A DNA stretch of 32,000 bases from Clostridiales bacterium (GCA_021203425.1 JAJQBF010000262.1:1-32000); one strand, 5' to 3'. Counted from the first letter of the stretch, positions 14,505-23,580 are shown. The notes: a model not told the origin generated them from the letters alone. Made by a program: numbers and translations.

Positions 14505-15983
14505 ATGGGATTTATACAATGGTTGGGATTTAATGGCAAGCCGAGAGACGCACCTGTGGAAGAGGCTCCTATCGAGGAAGTGCCTGTAGTAGATGCTCCT
14601 GTGGGAGATACGCCTGTGAAAGACACACCTGTGGGAGTTTCACCGGAACTGCCGGATATACAGGACAACGTCCGAGATAGCGGACAAACTTTTATGTTCG
14701 GCAGAGCATACAGTGGTGAAAGAGTAGATGAGAAATCATCTTTACAGATAGCCACTGTGTATGCCTGTGTTCGTTTGCTTGCGGAAACTGTAGCGAGCCT
14801 GTCGCTGCACCTTTACAAGTACAAAGGAGACAACGGTAAGGAAAAAGCTATGGAACACCCGTTATACAAAATTCTTTACAGACAGCCGAACCCGGAAATG
14901 ACCTCTTTCAGCTTCAGAGAGTGTATGATGCCCCATATGCTTTTGTGGGGCAATTGTTATGCACAGATAGTCAGGGATAACAGAAATGAAATTCTCGGTT
15001 TATATCCGCTTATTCCTCAGAATGTGGAAATAGACAGAGACGAAAGCGGAGAGATTTTCTATATATACCACACCTATGAAGATGACAAAGCCGGAGAAAC
15101 TGGTATGGACTATTATTTCAAGCGTGAAGATATTCTCCATATACCCGGCTTGGGATTCAACGGTTTAGTCGGTTTCAGTCCGATTGGTATGATGAAAAAT
15201 TCCCTCGGCTCTGCAATCGCTGTGGAAAAATACGGTTCGGCATTCTTCCGAAACGGAGCACAGCCAAGCGGTGTGCTGGAGCATCCCGGTGTATTGAAAA
15301 ATCCCGATAAGGTAAGGGAATCATGGAACAGCACCTACGGCGGTTCTTCAAATGCTCATCGTGTGGCTGTACTTGAAGAGGGAATGTCCTACAAAGCAAT
15401 TTCACTTCCGCCGGAAGATTCACAATTCCTTGAGACACGCAAGTTCAGTGTTTGCCGTATTTTCAGAGTTCCTCCGCACCTTGTACAGAGCTTGGAACAC
15501 GCTACCTTTTCCAACATTGAACATCAGGGCATTGACTTTGTTCAGCATTCCATAACCCCATGGATTATCCGCTGGGAACAGGCAATAATGAAAGACCTTT
15601 TGCTCGAAGAGGAGCAAGATGTTTACTTCCCGAAATTTAATGTGGACGGATTACTCCGAGGTGACTATAGAAGCAGAATGCAAGGATATGCTATCGGCTT
15701 TGCAAATGGATTTATGAGTCCCAATGAGATAAGAGCCCTTGAGGGATTTAATCCCATATCGGCTGAAGACGGTGGTGACGATTTCTACCTCAACGGCAGC
15801 TATACAAAACTCAAAGATGCAAGCTCTGTGTATGGGGTAAATACTGAGGGTACACCTCCGAAAGAGGATGAACCGGAAGAGGAAAAGGAAAAAGAAAAAC
15901 CTGAAGAAACTGAGGAAACCGAAAGTGACAGTGATAATCAGCCGAGTGAGAACAGGCGAAAAGAAAGGAGAAAAGTTCTATGA
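14505..15983 (+). CDS. portal protein, HK97 family
   Basis: AAAGGAG RBS. The conserved portal core is present (SSLQIATVYACVRLLAETVASLSLHLY...; FRVPPHL...). It has an unusual N-terminal (D/E)xPVx pentapeptide repeat and an acidic C-terminus. Confidence 0.85.
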   Translation: MGFIQWLGFNGKPRDAPVEEAPIEEVPVVDAPVGDTPVKDTPVGVSPELPDIQDNVRDSGQTFMFGRAYSGERVDEKSSLQIATVYACVRLLAETVASLSLHLYKYKGDNGKEKAMEHPLYKILYRQPNPEMTSFSFRECMMPHMLLWGNCYAQIVRDNRNEILGLYPLIPQNVEIDRDESGEIFYIYHTYEDDKAGETGMDYYFKREDILHIPGLGFNGLVGFSPIGMMKNSLGSAIAVEKYGSAFFRNGAQPSGVLEHPGVLKNPDKVRESWNSTYGGSSNAHRVAVLEEGMSYKAISLPPEDSQFLETRKFSVCRIFRVPPHLVQSLEHATFSNIEHQGIDFVQHSITPWIIRWEQAIMKDLLLEEEQDVYFPKFNVDGLLRGDYRSRMQGYAIGFANGFMSPNEIRALEGFNPISAEDGGDDFYLNGSYTKLKDASSVYGVNTEGTPPKEDEPEEEKEKEKPEETEETESDSDNQPSENRRKERRKVL

Positions 15984-16347
15984 AAAAATTTTGGAACTGG
16001 GTCACAGATGACGCAGGTGAAAGAACCCTGCGGCTTGAAGGATCCATTGATTCAGATGACATCTGGGGTGATTCCGTAACCCCTAAAGGAAACGGAGAAA
16101 CCCGACAAGCAGGGCAAAAATAAGCCGGACGAAGATGATGACGATGAAGACGAAGATGAAGATAAGAAAAAGGGCGTACACCTTTATTCTGCACGTCTTA
16201 TGAATCAGGTTATTTTAAATCATCTCGGCGTAACTGTTCCTACTGTGGCGAACAGTATACAGACCGTTTCATCAACCGGAAAACCGTTACAGCCTATCAT
16301 AGGTATGGACGGTAAAACGAACGATGGCAGTTGCCATACCAGATTTT
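15980..16347 (+). pseudogene. ClpP/S49-type prohead protease remnant (catalytic core deleted)
   Basis: ATG 15980 overlaps the portal stop. MKKFWNWVTDDAGERTLRLEGSIDSDDIWGDSVTPK is the typical N-terminus of phage ClpP-like head maturation proteases. The frame then stops at 16121-16123. An acidic C-terminal-like tail (EDDDDEDEDEDKKKGVHLYSARLMNQV...) continues in another frame to 16347. Only about 440 bp separate portal and capsid genes, which is too short for an intact protease. Confidence 0.6.
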
Positions 16348-16416
16348 AGAAAAGCAGCTGGAGTTTTTAAGATGACCCCGGCTATTTTTATACACAAAAT
16401 ATTTTTACGGAGGTAA

Positions 16417-17628
16417 ATGACTATGAGTAAAATTCTTGAACTGAGAAGTAAAAGAGCTGCTCTGTGGGAGCAGACAAAAAAGTTCCTTGAAAACCACCGC
16501 GGCGTTAACGGTCTTGTAGCAAGTGATGCCGTTGAGCAGTACAACAAAATGGCAGGAGATGTTAAGGCATTGAGAGACGAAATTAAACGTCTTGAAGAGC
16601 AGGAGGCTTTTGAAGCACAGCTTAAGGCTCCTACAAGTAAGCCTGTGACAGGCAAGCCCAATGCGGAGGTTAAGCCTAAATCAACAAAAGCTACTGCTTC
16701 ACCTGAGTATTCCGAGGCTTTCTGGAATATGATCCGCCTTCGCGGCGATTACGGTGCAATTCAGAATGCTCTTTCTGTCGGTGTGGACAGCGAGGGCGGC
16801 TATACTGTGCCGGACGAGTTTGAACGTCAGCTTATTGAGGCATTGGAAGAAAATAACATCTTCCGCGGTATGGCTCACATTATTCACACAAGCAGCAGCA
16901 CTCGCAAGATTCCTATTGCAGAGGAAACAGGTATGGCATCATGGATTGACGAAGGCGAGGAGATCCCCAAAACTTCATTGACATTCGGTCAGACCACACT
17001 TTCTGCTTACAAACTCGGCACTATGATTAAGATCTCAAACGAGCTTCTTCACGATTCCGCTTTTGACCTTGCAGCTTATATTTCCCGCCGTTTCGGTGTG
17101 ACTATGGGCAATACAGAGGAAGATGCCTTTATCAACGGTGACGGTATCGGCAAGCCTCTGGGTATTCTTGATGATGCCGGGGCACAGGTTGGTGTAACTG
17201 CTGAGTCTCAGACTGCAGTTACCTTTGACAATCTGTACGGTCTCTATTACTCACTGAAGAGTCCGTATCGTAAGAAAGCAACTTTTCTTTGCAATGAGGC
17301 TCTTGTATTGCAGCTTATGACCATCAAAGATGCTAACGACAATTATATCTGGAAACCCGGTCTTGGTATTGCACAGCCTGACACACTGCTTAACAGACCC
17401 CTCAAAACTTCCTCATTTATGCCTTCTGTGGAAGCCGGCAATAAGGTTATGCTTTTCGGTGATATGAGCTACTACTGGATTGCGGATCGTGTAGGTCGTA
17501 CCTTCCGCAGACTGAACGAGTTGTATGCAAGAACCGACCAGGTTGGTTTCCTTACTACACAGCGTGTAGACGGAAAGCTGATTCTTCCTGAAGCGGTGAA
17601 AGTTCTTCAGATGGCAGCCGGAGCCTAA
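16417..17628 (+). CDS. major capsid protein, HK97 family
   Basis: GGAGG RBS; the start is ATG 16417 or 16423. A delta-domain-like coiled N-terminus (SKILELRSKRAALWEQTKKFLENHR) is followed by a typical HK97-fold body. Confidence 0.85.
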   Translation: MTMSKILELRSKRAALWEQTKKFLENHRGVNGLVASDAVEQYNKMAGDVKALRDEIKRLEEQEAFEAQLKAPTSKPVTGKPNAEVKPKSTKATASPEYSEAFWNMIRLRGDYGAIQNALSVGVDSEGGYTVPDEFERQLIEALEENNIFRGMAHIIHTSSSTRKIPIAEETGMASWIDEGEEIPKTSLTFGQTTLSAYKLGTMIKISNELLHDSAFDLAAYISRRFGVTMGNTEEDAFINGDGIGKPLGILDDAGAQVGVTAESQTAVTFDNLYGLYYSLKSPYRKKATFLCNEALVLQLMTIKDANDNYIWKPGLGIAQPDTLLNRPLKTSSFMPSVEAGNKVMLFGDMSYYWIADRVGRTFRRLNELYARTDQVGFLTTQRVDGKLILPEAVKVLQMAAGA

Positions 17629-17668
17629 GATATAGGTAAGCTATATTTTTTAGTGAGGAGGGTGCCGT

Positions 17669-18001
17669 ATGATTTTAGTCCCTTTGAGTGAGGCAAAGAC
17701 CTATCTTAGGGTTGACAGTTCCGATGAGGACGCTTTAATCGGCGTCCTCCTTTCCACTGCTAAACGTCTGTGTGCAGATGTGGCAAGGCTTGATTCCGAG
17801 AAATGGTCTGTGGTAAGCGGAGAAACCGAAGATGAAGATGTATATACCGATGAAGAGCTTGAACGGATACGTGAGGTTATGAGGGTAGCTATTCTGTATA
17901 CCGTTGGGTATCTTTTTAAACACAGAGAGGAGGCAGACCATCATGACCTTGTGATGACACTCCGAAACCTGCTTTTTGCAATCCGAGAGGGTGTGTTTTA
18001 A
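17669..18001 (+). CDS. head-tail connector (gp6-like / QLRG-type) protein
   Basis: GAGGAGGG RBS. LSEAKTYLRVDSSDEDALIGVLLSTAKRLC is the characteristic N-terminus of this family. Its position after the MCP fits. Confidence 0.7.
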   Translation: MILVPLSEAKTYLRVDSSDEDALIGVLLSTAKRLCADVARLDSEKWSVVSGETEDEDVYTDEELERIREVMRVAILYTVGYLFKHREEADHHDLVMTLRNLLFAIREGVF

Positions 18002-18339
18002 TGAAAATTTCACTACTAAATGAAAGGGTTACTTTTGAAAAGAACACAACTGTGGTAGATGAAAATGCCAACCATAAAAATGTGTGGGAGGAATATTTCT
18101 CCTGTTATGCTTACGCAGACTCCTCCGGGGGCAGTAAGGAGCAGCAGACTGCCGGAGTTATAGTTTCCGATATAGGTCTTGTGTTCACAGTGAGATATTG
18201 CTCTGAGTTATCTGTTTTAGACAGCACTCACTACAGAGTGAGATTTCAAAACGAAGCCTACAATATTAAATCTGTTGATATGATGAACTATCAGCACAAG
18301 TCCATAAAAGTAACCTGTGAAAAAGAGAGGAGGGAATAG
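18001..18339 (+). CDS. head closure / head-tail adaptor protein
   Basis: Coupled start (TAATG). The size and the YRVRFQNEAYNIKSV motif fit phage head-closure proteins. The gene order also fits. Confidence 0.65.
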   Translation: MKISLLNERVTFEKNTTVVDENANHKNVWEEYFSCYAYADSSGGSKEQQTAGVIVSDIGLVFTVRYCSELSVLDSTHYRVRFQNEAYNIKSVDMMNYQHKSIKVTCEKERRE

Positions 18340-18342
18340 CCT

Positions 18343-18724
18343 ATGTCAAGCAGGACAGTTAGCATTGACAAAATGGCTGAAGCCATTAACGAGGGGGCTT
18401 AGAGAATATGCCAACTTGGCTGCCGATAAGATGAAGGAAGCTATAAAGAAAACTGCGAAATCCGTAAAAGAAGAAATATCGGCAAATGCTCCCAAAGGCA
18501 CCGGAGCCTATGCCAAAAGCTGGGCGACAAAAGCTACCTCCGAAAGCTCCGAGGCTATATCAATGACTGTGTATTCCAAAAACCGCTATCAGATGGCACA
18601 CCTTTTGGAGAAAGGTCACGCTCTCGGGCAAGGCGGCAGGGCAAGGGCATTTCCTCATATTGCTCCGGCTGAAGCTAACGGAGAAACAATGGTAGTAGAA
18701 CTAATCGAGAAAGCACTGAGTTAA
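18343..18724 (+). pseudogene. HK97 gp10-like tail-attachment protein, frameshifted in a G5 run
   Basis: GGAGGG RBS and ATG 18343. It reads MSSRTVSIDKMAEAINEG, then TAG at 18400-18402. The rest (LREYANLAADKMKEAIKKTAKSV...TGAYAKSW...) is in the track ORF 18317..18724. A G5-to-G4 change at 18393-18397 restores one frame. Confidence 0.65.
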
Positions 18725-18735
18725 AGGAGGACGCT

Positions 18736-19053
18736 ATGACACACAAAGAAATAATCGCATTGGTAGCGGAAATTGGAATTCCATATGCCTACCACCATTT
18801 CGCAGAAGGAGAATCTCCCGCTCCTCCGTTTATCTGTTTCCTCTATCCGAATGCTGTACAGTTTGGGGCGGACAATAAGGTCTTTCATAGTGATACAGCT
18901 GTAGATATTGAACTGTATACAGATGAAAAGAACCCTGAACTTGAAGAAACTGTGGAAACAGTCCTGAATGACCATGATATTTATTTTGAAAAATCAGAGG
19001 TTTGGATTGATTCCGAGAAACTTTATGAAGGCCTCTATTCTATTGTGGTATAG
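18736..19053 (+). CDS. tail completion / terminator-like protein
   Basis: AGGAGG RBS. The call rests on size and on position between the connector genes and the major tail protein. Confidence 0.5.
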   Translation: MTHKEIIALVAEIGIPYAYHHFAEGESPAPPFICFLYPNAVQFGADNKVFHSDTAVDIELYTDEKNPELEETVETVLNDHDIYFEKSEVWIDSEKLYEGLYSIVV

Positions 19054-19088
19054 GGGTAAAAATTTTATGAAAGGATAGGTGCTGAATT

Positions 19089-19706
19089 ATGGCTAATTCA
19101 AAAAATAAGGTTAAATATGGTTTGCGTGATGTGTATTATGCGAAAGCAGCATTCGATGATGATACAGGCGATGTCACCTATGATGAGCTGGTTCATATTC
19201 CCAGTGCTGTGAGCTTGTCACTTGACCCGGAAGGAGAAAACGAACCGTGGTACGCGGACAATGGAATTTTTATAGTCCTCGGATCAAATCAGGGCTATAC
19301 GGGCTCAATTGAGGTGGCTTTACTCCCTGAGAGTTTCTATATTGACATTCTTCATGAGGAGAAAGACTCGAACGGCGTTATGGCAGAGGTATCTGATGCG
19401 GAAATTGAGCATTTTGCTTTGACGTTTCGATTTGAAGGTGACAAGCATAAAGTCCTCCATGTGTTGTACAACTGTACCTGTTCCCGTCCGGCTATGGAAT
19501 CCTCTACAGTTGAGGACAGCAAAGAGCCTCAGACAGATACACTTGACCTGACCGTTTCTCCACTTGCAAACGGCTATGTCAAAGCAAAGACCAGTGAATC
19601 TACTCCTGATTCGGTTTATAACAGCTGGTTCACGCAGGTATATGAACCGCAGGGTACAGCAGAAGATGAAACTGCTGAAGAAGACACTGAAAACGCAAAC
19701 GGATAA
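19089..19706 (+). CDS. major tail protein (phi13/TP901-like)
   Basis: Position, size and the N-terminal motif KVKYGLRDVYYA. The C-terminus is acidic. Confidence 0.75.
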   Translation: MANSKNKVKYGLRDVYYAKAAFDDDTGDVTYDELVHIPSAVSLSLDPEGENEPWYADNGIFIVLGSNQGYTGSIEVALLPESFYIDILHEEKDSNGVMAEVSDAEIEHFALTFRFEGDKHKVLHVLYNCTCSRPAMESSTVEDSKEPQTDTLDLTVSPLANGYVKAKTSESTPDSVYNSWFTQVYEPQGTAEDETAEEDTENANG

Positions 19707-19755
19707 AAATCAGTGATAAGGGGACGGGGCAGCCTGTTCCCATTAATATGAAAGG

Positions 19756-20133
19756 ATGGATTATATGGCATTGACAAAGACAATTAATATTGACGGAATA
19801 CCGGCAACTTTCAAAGCAAGTGCTTCTGTTCCGAGATTATACAGAGTTAAGTTTGGCAGGGATATATACAAAGACCTGAGACAGCTTGAAAAAGCTGTGG
19901 GAGAAGGTGATGAGAATGCAAGTAACTTGGATATGTTCAGTCTTGAGATGTTCGAGGATCTTGCATGGGTAATGGCTCGTCATGCTGACCCGAAAGGTGT
20001 GCCGGATAATCCTGATGAATGGCTGGAACAGTTCAATACGTTTTCTATCTATCAGATATTGCCAGAACTTATTGAGCTGTGGGGCTTAAATGTACAGACA
20101 CAGGTTGAAACTAAAAAAACTTCGAAAAACTGA
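19756..20133 (+). CDS. tail assembly chaperone (Gp15/gpG-like)
   Basis: Located directly between the major tail protein and the tape measure. The start is ATG 19756 or 19765. An A7 tract lies near the 3' end. Confidence 0.65.
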   Translation: MDYMALTKTINIDGIPATFKASASVPRLYRVKFGRDIYKDLRQLEKAVGEGDENASNLDMFSLEMFEDLAWVMARHADPKGVPDNPDEWLEQFNTFSIYQILPELIELWGLNVQTQVETKKTSKN

Positions 20134-20140
20134 GCGGGAA

Positions 20141-20305
20141 ATGACAACACCGCTCTTTTTACTTAGGTGTGTGCAGATAGGCATATCAATTCGAGACCTC
20201 GATCTGGTCACAGCGGGAATGGTAAATGATATGTTTTCCGAGATGCACCGAGATGAAGAAAAATTTGATTATGTTGCTACGCAGGCTGACTTTGACCGCT
20301 TTTAA
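20141..20305 (+). CDS. second chaperone ORF (gpT-like; stand-alone 54 aa or a +1 frameshift extension of the upstream ORF)
   Basis: The frame is open from 20090 and overlaps the chaperone 3' end. ATG 20141 has only a weak RBS. The conserved-looking sequence is MTTPLFLLRCVQIGISIRDLDLVTAGMVNDMF. Confidence 0.5.
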   Translation: MTTPLFLLRCVQIGISIRDLDLVTAGMVNDMFSEMHRDEEKFDYVATQADFDRF

Positions 20306-20345
20306 GTTAGGCTGCTTTTTTACAGCCTAAAAGAGGTGGCAGAGT

Positions 20346-22478
20346 ATGGCAAACCGTATAGCGGGTATCACGATCGAGATAGGCGGATCCACAACCAAGC
20401 TGTCGAAGGCTTTGGAATCGGTTAATAAAGAGATAAAATCAACACAATCACAGTTGAAAGATGCTGAACGTTTATTGAAAATCGACCCATCTAACACAGA
20501 GCTTCTTACACAAAAGCAGAAGTTATTGACTACTGCCATCTCCGATACTAAGGATAAGTTAGCTACTTTAAAGACAGCGGCGGAGCAGGCAAATGAGCAG
20601 TTGCAGAACGGGGATATTACTCAGGCACAATATGACGCCCTTCAAAGAGAAATTGTGGCTACAGAACAGGAGCTTCAAAGACTGGCTGATCAAGCGGCGG
20701 AAGCTAACACAGCACTGAATAAAATCTCAGAGGTCGGCTCTACTTTAGAGACTGTGGGCGGTAAGATGACAAGTGTAGGTACAGAGCTTACCACCAAAGT
20801 AACGGCTCCCATCGTGGCTTTTGGCATGGCGGCTGTGGCTACAGCAGCAAACTTTGAAAGCTCCATGTCTCAGGTTCAAGCCACTATGGGTATCACAAAG
20901 GACAGTACATCTGAGTTAAACGGTGAGACTGTGAACACAATGGAGGCTTTATCGGGCTTGGCAAAGCAGATGGGGTCCGAGACAGCTTTTTCGGCTTCCA
21001 AGTGCGCCGATGCACTTAATTATCTGGCATTGGCAGGTTATGATACTCAAGAGATATGTGATATTCTTCCTATCGCTCTGAACTTAGCGGCGGCAGGCGG
21101 TATTGACTTAGCTAATGCCTCCGATATGGTTACTGACGCTATGTCCGCTTTGGGTATGGACACATCTGAGGCAAGTCTGATGGTAGACCAGATGGCTAAA
21201 ACCGCAAGCACTACCAATACCTCTGTAGCACAGCTTGGCGAAGGCATTCTTACAATCGGTGCTACTGCTAAAAATATGGCAGGAGGTACAGCCGAACTGA
21301 ATACTGCTTTAGGTATACTTGCTAACAACGGCATCAAAGGAGCCGAGGGCGGTACACACCTCAGAAATGTTATTCTCTCACTTCAAAGTCCAACTGATAC
21401 CGCAGCGGCTTGTATGGAAAGTCTCGGATTACAGGTTTATGACAGTGAGGGAAATATGCGTTCTCTTAACGATATACTCGGAGACTTGAATGCTTCAATG
21501 AACGGTCTGACCAGTGAAGAGAAGAACAATATTATTTCCACAATATTCAATAAAACAGACCTATCCTCTGTAAACGCTCTTCTTGCGAATACCGGAGACA
21601 CTTGGGATTCTCTACAGCAGTCCATCATAGACAGCGGTGGGGCTGCACAGGATATGGCAGACACACAGTTGGACAACTTAAGCGGTCAGCTTACTATTTT
21701 GAAGTCTGCTCTTGAGGGCTTAGCCATTGCCTTCGGTGAAACTCTTATGCCTGTGATTAAGGCTGTTGTTGAGAAAATTCAAGGATTTGTTGAAAAACTT
21801 AATTCTATGGACGAGGGGCAGAGAAAGGTTATCGTGTCAATAGCCGCAGTAGCAGCGGCAATAGGTCCGCTGCTTGTTATATTCGGTACTCTGATAGGTA
21901 CTGTGGGAAAAGCATTGACAAACTTTGCAAGTTTGGGAACGGGCATCCTAAAGGTAGTGGGGCATATCCAAACCGGAACAGGTATGGCAAGTAAGCTTGC
22001 GGCAGCTTTATCCGGCATATCCGCACCGGTTCTTGCGGTTGTGGCTGTGATTGCGGTTCTTGTGGCTGCTTTCAAAACGTTATGGGATAACAACAAAGAG
22101 TTCAGAACAGCTATTATTGAAATATGGACTAACATCAAAGAAACGGTTGTTGGTTTCATAGACGGTATTAAAGAAAGACTATCGGCTCTCGGTATTGATT
22201 TCCAGGGCTTCGGCAGCATATTGGAAGTGCTGAAAATTGTGTGGATGGAATTCTTTAACCTGTTAGCTCCGCTTTTCGAGGGAGCTTTTTCGGCTATATC
22301 AACACTTCTTTCCACCGTTTTAGATGTTATACTCGGACTTTTAGATGTTTTCATAGGGCTTTTCACGGGCAATTGGGAGCAGATGTGGACAGGTATCAAA
22401 GAGATTTTTTCAGGCATATGGGATGGAATCACAGGTATTTTATCAACTGTACTTGACATTATCACGGGGTTTACTTGA
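20346..22478 (+). CDS. tape measure protein, fragment 1
   Basis: The N-terminal coiled coil, central TMP core (...ALNYLALAGYD...DMVTDAMSALG...) and hydrophobic segments are present. The frame is lost at the G4T3 run 22466-22472. Confidence 0.85.
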   Translation: MANRIAGITIEIGGSTTKLSKALESVNKEIKSTQSQLKDAERLLKIDPSNTELLTQKQKLLTTAISDTKDKLATLKTAAEQANEQLQNGDITQAQYDALQREIVATEQELQRLADQAAEANTALNKISEVGSTLETVGGKMTSVGTELTTKVTAPIVAFGMAAVATAANFESSMSQVQATMGITKDSTSELNGETVNTMEALSGLAKQMGSETAFSASKCADALNYLALAGYDTQEICDILPIALNLAAAGGIDLANASDMVTDAMSALGMDTSEASLMVDQMAKTASTTNTSVAQLGEGILTIGATAKNMAGGTAELNTALGILANNGIKGAEGGTHLRNVILSLQSPTDTAAACMESLGLQVYDSEGNMRSLNDILGDLNASMNGLTSEEKNNIISTIFNKTDLSSVNALLANTGDTWDSLQQSIIDSGGAAQDMADTQLDNLSGQLTILKSALEGLAIAFGETLMPVIKAVVEKIQGFVEKLNSMDEGQRKVIVSIAAVAAAIGPLLVIFGTLIGTVGKALTNFASLGTGILKVVGHIQTGTGMASKLAAALSGISAPVLAVVAVIAVLVAAFKTLWDNNKEFRTAIIEIWTNIKETVVGFIDGIKERLSALGIDFQGFGSILEVLKIVWMEFFNLLAPLFEGAFSAISTLLSTVLDVILGLLDVFIGLFTGNWEQMWTGIKEIFSGIWDGITGILSTVLDIITGFT

Positions 22479-22938
22479 TGTTGTGCTTGGGTGGTTCGGC
22501 ACAAGCTGGGAAGAGGTCTGGACAGGCATTAAAGATTTCTTTGTCAGCATATGGGAAGGAATAAGCGGCTTCTTCTCAGGTATTCTGACAACAATTCAAA
22601 CAGCGGCGACAACGGTGTGGACAGCCATTTCGGGCTTCTTCAGTTCTATTTTTGAAACCATATCCTCTGTGGTTACTACGGTTTGGAACGGTATATATAA
22701 CACAATTGTGAATGTATGGAACACAATCTATTCCATTATAGAACCTCTTGTGACCGCTTTCGGATATTTGTTTGAGACGATTTTTCAGGCAATTCAGCTT
22801 GTCATAAGCACTGTTATGGAAGTTATACAGACTACCATTACAAATATATGGAACGCTATAGTGTCTTTTATAACGCCTATTTTGGAAAGTATAAAAAATA
22901 CTTTTGATACAATCTGGAATGCTATAAGCACTGTGTGA
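22423..22938 (+). CDS. tape measure protein, fragment 2
   Basis: From about 22471 it continues the TMP repeat pattern (LLDVVLGWFGTSWEEVWTGIKDFF...). It ends at an in-frame TGA, 22936-22938. Confidence 0.85.
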   Translation: MESQVFYQLYLTLSRGLLDVVLGWFGTSWEEVWTGIKDFFVSIWEGISGFFSGILTTIQTAATTVWTAISGFFSSIFETISSVVTTVWNGIYNTIVNVWNTIYSIIEPLVTAFGYLFETIFQAIQLVISTVMEVIQTTITNIWNAIVSFITPILESIKNTFDTIWNAISTV

Positions 22939-23580
22939 AACGGTGTTAAATCCACTATATATACAGCCTTAAGCGGCATAAAAAGCACTGTTTCAACGGC
23001 TGTCAGCGGCGTGAAAAGTACGGTTTCCACAGCTTGGAGTGGAATAAAGAGTACAACTTCTACACAGTGGAAAGGCGTTCAATCAACCTTAAGCAGCACT
23101 TGGGACAGTATAAAATCAACTGTGACTGATACCACCAAATCTGTGCAAAGTACAATTTTCACCTGTTGGTCTGCGATTAAGAGTACGAATGTTTCTGACT
23201 GGAACAGCATAAAATCAACGCTTTCTACCTGTTGGAGCAGTATAAAATCCACTATAAGTACGGCGACAAGCGGTGTGAAGAGTACCATTTCCACAGCTTG
23301 GAGTGGGATAAAAAGTACCACAAGTTCCACTTGGGATAGTATTAAATCTACTATGAGCAGCACTTGGTCAAGTATAAAATCCACAATATCTTCAACAACA
23401 AGTTCCTTAAAAAGTACGATTTCCTCTGTGTGGTCATCGGTAAAGTCAACCACAAGCAGCTCTTGGAGCAGTATTAAGTCAACAATTTCTTCAACACTGT
23501 CTTCTATGAAATCTGCTGTAAGTTCCGGGCTTTCAAACATTAAGAGCAGTATGAGTTCTACTTTTAGCTCTCTGGTATCG
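22939..23580 (+). repeat. 33-nt (11-aa) periodic repeat region inside the tape measure gene
   Basis: About 19 consecutive 11-residue units are of the form (W/L/V)-x-(G/S)-(I/V)-K-S-T-x-S-x-x. Confidence 0.8.

Noticed and set aside
20113-20119. Canonical -1 programmed frameshift on the A7 tract of the tail chaperone
   Set aside because: The -1 frame closes after 8 codons (NFEKLSGK*). Only the +1 frame is extended.
20307-20330. Terminator between the chaperone genes and the tape measure gene (TTAGGCTG-loop-CAGCCTAA)
   Set aside because: The 8-bp hairpin is real, but no U tract follows it. It lies inside an operon that must read through, so it is more likely an RNA stability or processing element. 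There is no further evidence.
21779-23540. Long minus-strand ORFs 21779..22504 (241 aa) and 23079..23540 (153 aa)
   Set aside because: They lie antisense to the repetitive tape-measure gene. Repeat-driven codon periodicity keeps the opposite strand open. They have no start context and no motifs.
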